Of a stretch of 64,000 bases of DNA, positions 30,187 through 39,783 are shown in pieces. Both the position numbers and the translations under genes were made by a program. The stretch's first letter is position 1. The number at the start of each line of letters is the position of its first letter. Source of the stretch: Elusimicrobiota bacterium. GTDB taxonomy: Bacteria > Elusimicrobiota > Elusimicrobia > Elusimicrobiales > UBA9959. The notes beneath the pieces are model-generated. The model ran no database searches. It saw only the letters and a program-made list of their open reading frames with translations, and had not been told where the DNA came from. Location of the stretch: contig JAGVVD010000022.1 in the NCBI GenBank assembly GCA_019135865.1, forward strand, positions 108,204 to 172,203. Direction: 5' to 3'.

Positions 30187-30684
30187 ATGGAAGACGGCGA
30201 AAAGCACGCGCATAAGAACAGCCCCTTCGTCTTCCGCCAGTCCGAGATCCGGGCCGGCGGCGGACTGCACCGCGTAATAGAGTGCGACACGGCCCTTTTC
30301 GCGGACGCCCTGGAGGGCAAAGGCGCGCTCCTGTCCCTCACCGCCGAGGCCGATTTCTCCGTCGGCAGCGGGGACCTGCTGCTGGAAGGGGGGATAAAGG
30401 CCGCCGCGGCCCTCCCGTGCGACCGCTGCAACGCCGATTTCAGGGCCTCCCTCGCCGAGTCTTTTGACGAGGTTTACGAATATTCAGTAGAATCAATAGA
30501 CATCGAGGACCTGGTCCGCCAGGCCCTGGTGCTCGCGGTCCCGGCTAAGATTTTATGCTCGGACGGCTGCAAAGGTCTTTGTACCCGCTGCGGGGCCGAC
30601 CTGAACGCCGGGCCCTGCAAATGCGGTCCGGGGCGGGACGGCCCTTTCGGCGCCCTGCGCGATTTGAAGAACAAGGAGCCATGA
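30187..30684 (+). CDS. yceD: YceD/DUF177 family protein (large-subunit rRNA accumulation protein)
   Basis: 165 aa from MEDGEKH. The C-terminal motif CSDGCKGLCTRCGADLN..CKC is present. The gene sits immediately upstream of rpmF, as is usual. Confidence 0.8.
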   Translation: MEDGEKHAHKNSPFVFRQSEIRAGGGLHRVIECDTALFADALEGKGALLSLTAEADFSVGSGDLLLEGGIKAAAALPCDRCNADFRASLAESFDEVYEYSVESIDIEDLVRQALVLAVPAKILCSDGCKGLCTRCGADLNAGPCKCGPGRDGPFGALRDLKNKEP

Positions 30685-30685
30685 G

Positions 30686-30898
30686 ATGCCTAATCCTAAA
30701 CGCAAACACACAGCCTCCAGGCGGGATTCCCGCCGGGCGCAGAACTGGAAGCTCGAGCTGAAGTCGCTCGCCAGCTGCCCCCAGTGCGGCGCCATGCGCC
30801 TGCCTCACAGGGTCTGCGCCTCCTGCGGGACCTACAACGGCAAACTGGAAGTCCCCCGCAAGGAAAAAAAGAAGGACGAAGAACAGCAGGGTAAATAA
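30686..30898 (+). CDS. rpmF: 50S ribosomal protein L32
   Basis: The protein starts MPNPKRKHTASRRDSRRA and contains CPQCG...HRVCASCG. Confidence 0.9.
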   Translation: MPNPKRKHTASRRDSRRAQNWKLELKSLASCPQCGAMRLPHRVCASCGTYNGKLEVPRKEKKKDEEQQGK

Positions 30899-30907
30899 GC
30901 CCCCGCC

Positions 30908-31951
30908 ATGAGAATAGCCATCGACGCTCACGGCGGCGATTTCGGCCTGCGGCCGAACATCGAAGGCGCGATCGAGGCCCTCAAGCGCCTCGACCACGAT
31001 GTCATCCTCGTCGGCAGGGATCCCGAGATACGGGAGGAACTGCGCCGGCGCGGCCTGGAGAACCCGCCCAGGCTGACCATCGTCCACGCCCCGCAGGTGG
31101 TGGAGATGGGCAGCGAGCCCGTCGAGGAGTGCCGCACCAAGCCCGACTCCTCGCTGATGGTCGCCGCCGAACTGGTGCGCGACGGCAAGGCCGACGGCAT
31201 GATCTCCGCCGGCAACTCCGGCGCAGTCATGGTGGCCGCGCTGCTCAAGATGAAGCGCATCAGAGGCATACTGCGCCCGGCGCTGGCCGTGCCGTACCCG
31301 ACCTACAAAGGCGTCAGCGTACTGATGGACGCCGGCGCCAATACCGACAACAAGCCCTGGCACCTTACCCAGTTCGCCATGATGGGCGCCGTCTATTCCT
31401 CCGTCCTGCTCAGGAAGGAGAACCCCTCCGTCGGCCTGCTCTCCGTAGGGGAGGAGGAGAGCAAAGGCAACGCGCTGGTACAGGAGACGCTGCCGCTGCT
31501 CAAGAACGTCGGCCTCAATTTCTACGGCCCCGTCGAGGGCAGGGACCTGCCCGCCGGCCTCACCGACGTCGTCGTCACCGACGGATTCACGGGCAATATC
31601 GTACTCAAGCTCTCCGAGGGGCTGGCCAAGGTCATCTTCAAGCTCATCAAGGACCAGATCCACCGCAAGTTCACCTACAAGATAGGCGCGATGCTGATGC
31701 GGAAGCTCTTCAGCGACCTCAAGGTCCGCCTCAGCGACGACGAGTACGGCGGCGCGCCGCTGCTGGGCGTCAACGGCGTGGCCATCATCTGCCACGGCAA
31801 GTCCACGCCCAAGGCCATCTTCAGCGCCATACGCCTGGCCGGCGACCTGGCCGCCTCGGGCCTGGCCGAACAGATAGCCAAGCGCATGGACGCCGTAAAG
31901 GCCTCCATGGAGAAACACCCGGAGCGGGAAGAGGAAGAACAGAAGGCATGA
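30908..31951 (+). CDS. plsX: phosphate acyltransferase PlsX
   Basis: The protein starts MRIAIDAHGGDFG. Later blocks are SAGNSGA and DGFTGNIVLK. Confidence 0.95.
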   Translation: MRIAIDAHGGDFGLRPNIEGAIEALKRLDHDVILVGRDPEIREELRRRGLENPPRLTIVHAPQVVEMGSEPVEECRTKPDSSLMVAAELVRDGKADGMISAGNSGAVMVAALLKMKRIRGILRPALAVPYPTYKGVSVLMDAGANTDNKPWHLTQFAMMGAVYSSVLLRKENPSVGLLSVGEEESKGNALVQETLPLLKNVGLNFYGPVEGRDLPAGLTDVVVTDGFTGNIVLKLSEGLAKVIFKLIKDQIHRKFTYKIGAMLMRKLFSDLKVRLSDDEYGGAPLLGVNGVAIICHGKSTPKAIFSAIRLAGDLAASGLAEQIAKRMDAVKASMEKHPEREEEEQKA

Positions 31952-32694
31952 AGCAGCTCGAAGGACTTTCGGCGCTGGTCACCGGCGGCGCGCGCGGCAT
32001 AGGCCTGGAGATAGCCGCCGCCTTCGCCCGCGAAGGCGCCTCCGTGCTGCTCGGCGACGTTTCCGCCGACGAGGCCGCGGCCGCGGCGGCCGGCCTGGCC
32101 TCCGCCCACGGCGTCAGGGCCTCCGGCATCCGCCTCGACGTCACCGACCCCGCCTCCTGCGAGGCCGCGGTGGAAGAGGCGGTCAAGGCCTTCGGCAAGC
32201 TGGACATCCTGGTCAACAACGCCGGGATAACGAAGGACAACCTGGTCCTGCGCATGAAACCCGAGGATTTCGACGCGGTCGTCTCCGTCAACCTGAAAGG
32301 CTCGTTCCTGATGTCCAAGGCCGCGGCCAAAGCGATGCTGCGCGCCAGGACCGGGCGCATAATAAACATCTCGTCCGTGGTCGGCCAGGCCGGGCAGGCC
32401 GGCCAGGCCAACTATTCGGCCTCCAAGGCCGGCCTCATAGGCCTGACCAAGTCGCTGGCCAAGGAATTCGCCCCGCGCGGCGTGCTGGTCAACGCCATCG
32501 CCCCCGGCTTCATCGAGACGCGGATGACCGACGCGCTCAAGGAAGAGGCCAGGGCCGCCGTCACGGCGCTGATACCGCTGGAGCGCTTCGGCAAGCCGGC
32601 CGACGTGGCCGGCGCCGCGCTGTTCCTGGCGGGACCGCACTCGTCGTACATCACCGGCCAGGTGCTGGCCGTCAACGGCGGCATGTACATCTGA
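31948..32694 (+). CDS. fabG: 3-oxoacyl-ACP reductase
   Basis: 248 aa. The SDR motifs are present: TGGARGIG, NNAG and YSASKAG. The start overlaps the plsX stop (ATGA). Confidence 0.9.
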   Translation: MKQLEGLSALVTGGARGIGLEIAAAFAREGASVLLGDVSADEAAAAAAGLASAHGVRASGIRLDVTDPASCEAAVEEAVKAFGKLDILVNNAGITKDNLVLRMKPEDFDAVVSVNLKGSFLMSKAAAKAMLRARTGRIINISSVVGQAGQAGQANYSASKAGLIGLTKSLAKEFAPRGVLVNAIAPGFIETRMTDALKEEARAAVTALIPLERFGKPADVAGAALFLAGPHSSYITGQVLAVNGGMYI

Positions 32695-32781
32695 TCTGAC
32701 TAGTCTAGGCTATGCCTGTGCCGTAACAGACGCTATGCGTTTCAGACGGCCTAGCGACTTAAGAGACCGTAAGGAGATACA

Positions 32782-33027
32782 ATGGCGGAAAACATAGAAG
32801 AGAAGGTGAAAAAGATAATCGTCGAGCAGCTCGCGGTGGACGCCGCCGACGTCACGCTCCAGGCCCAGTTCGTCCAGGACCTCGGCGCGGACTCGCTCGA
32901 CACGGTGGAGCTCGTCATGGCCCTCGAAGAGGCCTTCGACATAGAGATCCCCGACGAGGACGCCGAGAAGATCAAGACCGTGGGCGAGGCCGTCAACTAC
33001 ATCAACGCGAAGGCCGCCAAGAGCTGA
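32782..33027 (+). CDS. acpP: acyl carrier protein
   Basis: 81 aa. The phosphopantetheine attachment site [17 protein letters not shown] is present. Confidence 0.95.
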   Translation: MAENIEEKVKKIIVEQLAVDAADVTLQAQFVQDLGADSLDTVELVMALEEAFDIEIPDEDAEKIKTVGEAVNYINAKAAKS

Positions 33028-33046
33028 CGACCCGGGAGCGCCGAGG

Positions 33047-33733
33047 ATGCCTCCCATCGAGGAAGTCATCGGTTATTCCTTCAGGGATAAGGATCTCCTG
33101 AGGACGGCGCTCACTCACAAGTCCTACGCCGCCGAAAAACATTCGGCGGAATGCAACGAAAGACTGGAATTCCTGGGCGACAGCGTGCTCGGTCTCGCTG
33201 TCGCCCGGTATCTTTACGGGGAGCACCCCGGCAGGGACGAGGGGCATCTCTCCAAGCTCAAATCCTTCCTCGTCTCGCGCCAGAACCTCGCGTCCTGGGC
33301 GCGCGCCATAAACCTCGGCGAGCACCTGCTGCTCGGCGTGGGCGAAGCCCAGACCGGCGGGAAGAAACGCACCAGCATACTGGCCAACTCGCTCGAAGCC
33401 CTGCTGGCGGCCGTCTATCTGGACGGCGGCATAGCCGAAGCCGAGCGGCTGGTGCTGGGCTGGGTCTCCGCCTCCGAACCCGAAGACCCCGAAGCCGACC
33501 ATAAGAGCCGTCTCCAGGAACTCATCCAGAAGAAGCATCACCGCACCCCGGAATACGAGATCGTCCGCTCGGAGGGGCCGGAACACGACAAGAGTTTCAC
33601 CGTCAACGTGCGTCTCGGGCGCAAGGTCCTGGGCATGGGCGCCGGCAAGAACAAGAAAGAGGCGCAGCAGGCCGCGGCCCGCAACGCACTCGACTACCTG
33701 GAGCACAATGAGCTCGGCAGGGACGAGATCTAG
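33047..33733 (+). CDS. rnc: ribonuclease III
   Basis: The signature NERLEFLGDSVL is present. A C-terminal dsRBD follows (GPEHDKSFTV...GAGKNKKEAQQAAA). Confidence 0.95.
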   Translation: MPPIEEVIGYSFRDKDLLRTALTHKSYAAEKHSAECNERLEFLGDSVLGLAVARYLYGEHPGRDEGHLSKLKSFLVSRQNLASWARAINLGEHLLLGVGEAQTGGKKRTSILANSLEALLAAVYLDGGIAEAERLVLGWVSASEPEDPEADHKSRLQELIQKKHHRTPEYEIVRSEGPEHDKSFTVNVRLGRKVLGMGAGKNKKEAQQAAARNALDYLEHNELGRDEI

Positions 33734-34328
33734 CCTCGTCCTCCCGGCGCTGTTCCTCCTCTGCTCCTGCTCCGGCGGGGGAAAAACTCCCGCCTTCGCC
33801 CCCGGCGACTACGCCGTTTACCGCTATTCCGGCTCCTACCGCCAGGAACCCGTAACGCTCGCGCGCTCCGTCGAAGCCGCCCCGCCGGGCGGCGACATCG
33901 TTTTCCTCAACGAATGGCGGAGCGGAGAAGAGGGGCGGGCCTGGCGCGAGCATATCGCCCCGCGTCCCTACGATCTGTCCCATAACATCGCTTCCCGCCT
34001 CGAACTGCCCGCCGGCGAAGGCTGGAAAGAACTCCCCGATCCGGAGAATCTGGAACTTTTACGCCTGAGGGAGGGGACCCTCTTCAATCCCCAGGGACTG
34101 CCGCGGCTTCGCAAAGAGGAGCCCGGGGAATTTTCGGCCGGCGGAAAAAAATACCCCTGCGTCGTAAAGACCTACCGGACGATGGTCGGCGGGAAAAGGG
34201 CGCTGCTCGTGCGCCGCGAGGCGGAAGGCTTCAAGTGGGGAATACTGTCGGAAGAATACAAGGAACAGCAGTCCGGCGGGACCCTCTTCCTCGCGGAGCT
34301 TATCGAAGAGGGGAACCGAAAGCCCTGA
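33708..34328 (+). CDS. hypothetical lipoprotein
   Basis: 206 aa with a signal/lipobox-like N-terminus (LFLLCSCSG). It overlaps the rnc 3' end by 26 nt. No family recognised. Confidence 0.5.
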   Translation: MSSAGTRSSLVLPALFLLCSCSGGGKTPAFAPGDYAVYRYSGSYRQEPVTLARSVEAAPPGGDIVFLNEWRSGEEGRAWREHIAPRPYDLSHNIASRLELPAGEGWKELPDPENLELLRLREGTLFNPQGLPRLRKEEPGEFSAGGKKYPCVVKTYRTMVGGKRALLVRREAEGFKWGILSEEYKEQQSGGTLFLAELIEEGNRKP

Positions 34329-35163
34329 CCGGCGGGCGCCCCAGCAGGTCCTCGACTCCCCTGTACTTCCCGGAGAAAACATTGTCGGCGGCCGTCATGC
34401 GGTACTGGTCCCGCGTCATGGGCGGAACGGGCAGCAGCGCCAGCAGCGGCAGCGCCGGCGCGAAGAAGGACCGCGGCAGACCCAGCACCGGCCGTTTTAT
34501 CCCCAGTTCCCGCAGCGAAGCCCGGAAGAACTCCGCGTAACTCATCGCCTGCGGCCCGCAGAGCTCAAAAACCTCCCCTTTGATATCCGACTCCAGCGCC
34601 CTCACCACGCATTCCGCCGCGTCGGCGAGCGCCACCGGCTGCAGCCGCCTGTCAGACGGCGCGGCCAGCGCCGGAGCGAAGCGGGCCAGTCCGCGCAGGT
34701 CTTCGTAGAACTTCTGGCCCGGCCCGGTTATCACCGACGGGCGCAGCACGGCCCAGTCCAGGCGGGAGGCGGCCAGCGCGTCCTCGGCCAGGCCTTTCGT
34801 GCGCAGGTAACGGCTGCGCGAAGAAGCGTCGGCCCCCAGCGCCGAGACCTGCACGAAGCGGCGCGTGCCGGCGGCCGCCGCTCCCTCCAGCAGTCTGTGC
34901 GTGTAATCGAGGTTGACCCGCTCGAAAGTGACGCCTTCCTGCGGGCATTCCCTGAGTATGCCCAGGAAATTGACGACGGCCTCGGGGCGATGCTCTTCGA
35001 CCAGCGCGGCCAGGTCCTCCATGAAGCGCGCGCCGTCGGGGCGCAGGTCCGGGGGAAGGGAGGACGGCGCCCGGGAAGGAATGACCAGCTTATGGCGCCC
35101 GGCCAGCAGGCGCGCGACGGCTCCGCCGAAAAAACCCCCGCCGCCGGCCAGAAGGACTTTCAT
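34300..35163 (-). CDS. NAD(P)-binding atypical SDR, complex I NDUFA9-like family
   Basis: 287 aa. A Rossmann motif is present (LLAGGGGFFGGAV). The blocks FVQVSALGAD...RYLRTKGLAED...LRPSVITGPGQKF match the NDUFA9/NmrA-like pattern. The gene is divergent from nuoA. Confidence 0.65.
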   Translation of the reverse strand: MKVLLAGGGGFFGGAVARLLAGRHKLVIPSRAPSSLPPDLRPDGARFMEDLAALVEEHRPEAVVNFLGILRECPQEGVTFERVNLDYTHRLLEGAAAAGTRRFVQVSALGADASSRSRYLRTKGLAEDALAASRLDWAVLRPSVITGPGQKFYEDLRGLARFAPALAAPSDRRLQPVALADAAECVVRALESDIKGEVFELCGPQAMSYAEFFRASLRELGIKRPVLGLPRSFFAPALPLLALLPVPPMTRDQYRMTAADNVFSGKYRGVEDLLGRPPVRAFGSPLR

Positions 35164-35232
35164 ACCATCGATTCTACAACATTGCGGCGGCCGCTTAAAA
35201 ACCGCCTTATTTTGATAAAATTAAATATCTCT

Positions 35233-35586
35233 ATGGACAACTACGCGGCGACGCTTATAGCGGCCGGCTTCGGCCTGGCGGTAGCGGGGGGGATGACGAT
35301 ACTCGCCGTCCTGCTGGGCCCGCGCAGCCGCGGCGCGGTCAAGGATCTGCCCTTCGAATGCGGCATGCCGACGGCGCAGAAGTCCGCCACCGCCATCCCC
35401 GTCAATTTCTACCTGGTCGCCATACTCTTCGTCATGTTCGACATAGAGATAGTCTTCCTCTATCCCTGGGCCGTCTCCTTCCGCCAGCTCGGCCCCGGCG
35501 CGCTGGCGGCCATGGCGGCCTTCATACTGGTGCTCGGCGCGGGCCTGCTCTACGCCGTAAAGAGGGGGGCGCTCGAATGGGACTAG
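35233..35586 (+). CDS. nuoA: NADH-quinone oxidoreductase subunit A
   Basis: 117 aa. Conserved NuoA blocks are FECGMP and FDIEIVFLYPWA. Confidence 0.9.
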   Translation: MDNYAATLIAAGFGLAVAGGMTILAVLLGPRSRGAVKDLPFECGMPTAQKSATAIPVNFYLVAILFVMFDIEIVFLYPWAVSFRQLGPGALAAMAAFILVLGAGLLYAVKRGALEWD

Positions 35587-36065
35587 AGACGCTCTTCGGC
35601 AATTCCTTCCTGACCACCCGCCTCGACGAGGCGATCAACTGGGGGCGCAAGTATTCCTTCTTCCAGTACCCCTTCGTCACGGCCTGCTGCGGCATGGAGT
35701 TCATGAGCGCCTGGGCCTCCACCTACGACATCGCCCGCTTCGGCGCGGAATACCCGCGCTTCTCGCCGCGCCAGGCCGACGTGCTGTTCGTCGTCGGCAC
35801 GGTCAACGAGAAACTGGCCCCGGTCCTGCGCCGCGTCTACGACCAGATGTGCGACCCCAAGTGGGTCGTCTCTTTCGGCGTCTGCGCCACCTCCGGCGGC
35901 TTCTACGACAATTACGCCACCGTGCAGGGGATAGACAAGATCATCCCCGTCGACATCTATATCCCCGGCTGCCCGCCCCGCCCCGAGGCCGTGCTCGACG
36001 CGCTGGTGAAGCTCCAGAAAAAAGTCTCCAAAGAATCCGTGCTGGACAGGGAACATGACCGCTGA
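35577..36065 (+). CDS. nuoB: NADH-quinone oxidoreductase subunit B
   Basis: 162 aa. The N2 cluster ligands are present in CCGMEFM, GVCATSGG and PGCPPRPE. Confidence 0.95.
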   Translation: MGLETLFGNSFLTTRLDEAINWGRKYSFFQYPFVTACCGMEFMSAWASTYDIARFGAEYPRFSPRQADVLFVVGTVNEKLAPVLRRVYDQMCDPKWVVSFGVCATSGGFYDNYATVQGIDKIIPVDIYIPGCPPRPEAVLDALVKLQKKVSKESVLDREHDR

Positions 36066-36531
36066 AAACGCGCTCGAAGCCCTCAAGGCCAGGCTCGGCG
36101 GCAAGGTCGTCGAAACCTCCTCCTTCCGCGGCGACGATACCGCCGTAGTAACGCCCGAAGCCTGGCTGGAGGCCGCCTCCGCGCTGAAGAACGGACTCGG
36201 CTTCGATTTCCTCATGGACCTCTGCGGCGCCGACTACCTGCCGCGCGAGCCCCGCTTCGAGGTCGTCTGCCATTTCTACAGTTCGAAGACCGGCGCCCGC
36301 CTGCGCCTCAAGACCCGCCTGCCCGGAGGCAAACCGGCCGTGGATTCGCTGGCCGGCCTCTGGCTCTCCGCCGACTGGTTCGAGCGCGAGGCCTGGGACA
36401 TGTACGGCATAGATTTCAAGGGCCATCCCGACCTGCGCCGCCTGCTGATGTACGATTCCTTCGAGGGCCATCCCCTGCGCAAGGATTACCCGCTCAAAGG
36501 CCGCCAGCCGAGGATAGACCATGCGGATTAA
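36055..36531 (+). CDS. nuoC: NADH-quinone oxidoreductase subunit C
   Basis: 158 aa. The conserved NuoC block ADWFEREAWDMYGIDFKGHPDLRRLL is present. Confidence 0.95.
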   Translation: MTAENALEALKARLGGKVVETSSFRGDDTAVVTPEAWLEAASALKNGLGFDFLMDLCGADYLPREPRFEVVCHFYSSKTGARLRLKTRLPGGKPAVDSLAGLWLSADWFEREAWDMYGIDFKGHPDLRRLLMYDSFEGHPLRKDYPLKGRQPRIDHAD

Positions 36532-36560
36532 GGGAACAACGGGGATGCCGAGAAAGGCGG

Positions 36561-36759
36561 GGTTGACGGACGGACTTGCGGCGAGTCACATGCGGAGGTT
36601 TTTCCTCGAGCGAACGAGGGGACCGGCACTGCCGGACGGGCATGATTGTTCGAGGCCCGAGGCGCTATGCGCCCGGGCCGAGTTCGTGCCCGGCCGAGTG
36701 AGCGAAGAGCGGGCCCGGAAAAACCGGACCATGACGAGCGCGAGGCCGTCCGGCAAACC
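36561..36759 (+). repeat. intergenic structured repeat, module 1, copy B (between nuoC and nuoD)
   Basis: It aligns with the reverse complement of 29736-29932. Shared blocks are gcgagtcacatg.ggagg, cgagcga, gcgctatgcgc, ggccgagttc, gagcgaag, gggcccggaaaa and gacgagcgcg. Its own termini are complementary. Confidence 0.8.
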
Positions 36760-36812
36760 GACGCACTTCGTGGTGAGCCGGCGGCAGCACCACAAAGTTC
36801 TCCACTAATAAC

Positions 36813-38026
<1,214 letters not shown>

Positions 38027-38030
<4 letters not shown>

Positions 38031-38524
38031 AGAAGTTCAAGTTCTCCGAGGAATTCAACCGCAAGGTGGCCGCAACGGTCGCCAGGTACCCGAAAGCGGA
38101 CGCCGCGCTGATCCCGCTGATGCAGGAAGTGCAGCGCGAGCTGGGGCATTTCCCAGAAGAGGCGGCGCAGGCGCTGGCCAATCTCCTGGGCATATCCTAC
38201 GCCCGCGTGAAGGGCGTACTGACCTTCTACACCATGTTCCGCCGCGAGCCCGGGGGAAAATACCTGCTGCAGGTCTGCCGCAACCTCTCCTGCCACATGG
38301 CCGGCTCGGTAAAACTTCTGGAATACCTCAAGGCCCGGCTCGGCATGGAGGAAGGCGGCACCACCCATGACGGCCTCTTCACGCTGATGACCGTCGAATG
38401 CCTGGGCTCCTGCGGCACGGCGCCGGTCATGATGGTCAACGACGATCACCACGAGAACCTGACGGTGGAAAAACTGGATAAGCTCATCTCCGGCCTGCGG
38501 GCGGAGGCGAAGGCGCGGAAATAA
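38027..38524 (+). CDS. nuoE: NADH-quinone oxidoreductase subunit E
   Basis: 165 aa. The 2Fe-2S ligands lie in VCRNLSCHMAG and ECLGSCGTAP. The start overlaps the nuoD stop (ATGA). Confidence 0.95.
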
Positions 38525-39783
38525 TGGCGGAGCAGATACTTTTAAAGCACAAAGTGGTGTCGCTGGACGGCTACAAGGCCTCCGGCGGCTGGACCGCGCT
38601 CGAGAAGGCCACGCGCATGGAACCGGCCGCCATCATAGACGAGGTGAAGAAGTCCGGCCTGCGCGGCCGCGGCGGTGCCGGCTTCCCGGCCGGCCTGAAA
38701 TGGTCGTTCATCCCCAAGGACAGCGCCAAAGAGCGTTACGTCGTCTGCAACGCCGACGAGGGCGAACCCGGCACTTTCAAGGACCGCGAACTGATCCGCA
38801 TGAACCCCTACCTGCTCATCGAGGGGATGGCCATAGCCGGCCGCGCGATAGGGGCGAAGACCGGCTACATATACGTGCGCGGCGAATTCGCCCGCGAAGC
38901 CGCCCTGCTGGAGAAATGCATAGGCGAGGCGAAAGTAGCAGGTTTCCTGGGCGAGAAGCTCTTCGGCTCCGGTTTCAGTTTCGACCTGCACGTCCACAAG
39001 GGCGCCGGCGCCTATATCTGCGGAGAAGAGACGGCCCTGCTGGAATCGATCGAAGGCCGGCGCGGCCAGCCGCGCCTCAAGCCCCCGTTCCCCGCCGTCG
39101 AAGGACTTTTCGCCTGCCCGACGGTCATCAACAATGTCGAAACGCTGGCCGCCGTGCCCGCGATAATAGAGAAGGGCGGGGCATGGTACGCCGGCATCGG
39201 CGCGGGCAAGAGCACCGGCACCAAGCTTTTCTCGATAAGCGGCCCCGTGAAAAAGCCCGGCGTCTACGAAGCCGAGCTGGGCATACCCTTTAAAACCTTC
39301 CTGGAAGAATACGCCGGCGGCATGGCCGACGGCAAAAAGCTCAAGGCCGTCATCCCCGGCGGCTCGTCCACGCCCGTGCTTACCGCCGAAGAGGCGATGA
39401 ACGCCAGGCTCGACTACGAGTCGCTGGCCGCCGCCGGCTCCATGCTGGGCTCGGGGGGGATAATAGTCATAGCCGAAGACACCTGCATGGTGGACGCCCT
39501 GCTGGTCCTGGCCAGATTCTACCATCACGAATCCTGCGGCCAGTGCACGCCCTGCCGCGAAGGCACCGGCTGGACCGAGAAAGTCCTGCGCCGCTTCGAG
39601 GAAGGCGGGGCCGGGCCCGGCGACGCCGACCTGCTGCTCTCCATCTCCAACAACATGGTGGGCCGCACCATCTGCCCCCTGGCCGACGCCCTCGCCATGC
39701 CCGTCATCAGCTTTATAACCAAGTTCCGCGAAGAGTTCGACGCCCACGCCGCCGGCAACACCTGCAGGATGGGCCGAAAATGA
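38524..39783 (+). CDS. nuoF: NADH-quinone oxidoreductase subunit F
   Basis: 419 aa. It has the FMN/NADH site GRGGAGFPAG, plus CNADEGEPGTFKDR. The N3 cluster motif is ESCGQCTPCREG. Confidence 0.95.
   Translation: MAEQILLKHKVVSLDGYKASGGWTALEKATRMEPAAIIDEVKKSGLRGRGGAGFPAGLKWSFIPKDSAKERYVVCNADEGEPGTFKDRELIRMNPYLLIEGMAIAGRAIGAKTGYIYVRGEFAREAALLEKCIGEAKVAGFLGEKLFGSGFSFDLHVHKGAGAYICGEETALLESIEGRRGQPRLKPPFPAVEGLFACPTVINNVETLAAVPAIIEKGGAWYAGIGAGKSTGTKLFSISGPVKKPGVYEAELGIPFKTFLEEYAGGMADGKKLKAVIPGGSSTPVLTAEEAMNARLDYESLAAAGSMLGSGGIIVIAEDTCMVDALLVLARFYHHESCGQCTPCREGTGWTEKVLRRFEEGGAGPGDADLLLSISNNMVGRTICPLADALAMPVISFITKFREEFDAHAAGNTCRMGRK

Noticed and set aside
36521-36808. A 95-aa ORF spanning the nuoC-nuoD spacer, with a 119-aa counterpart at 29592-29951 (-), as a possible protein encoded by the repeat element.
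   Set aside because: The two copies are about 75% identical at DNA level. The changes are radical at protein level and occur in paired, stem-preserving positions. There is no RBS, and the 36521 ORF starts inside nuoC. This is more consistent with a structured nucleic-acid element than with a conserved peptide.
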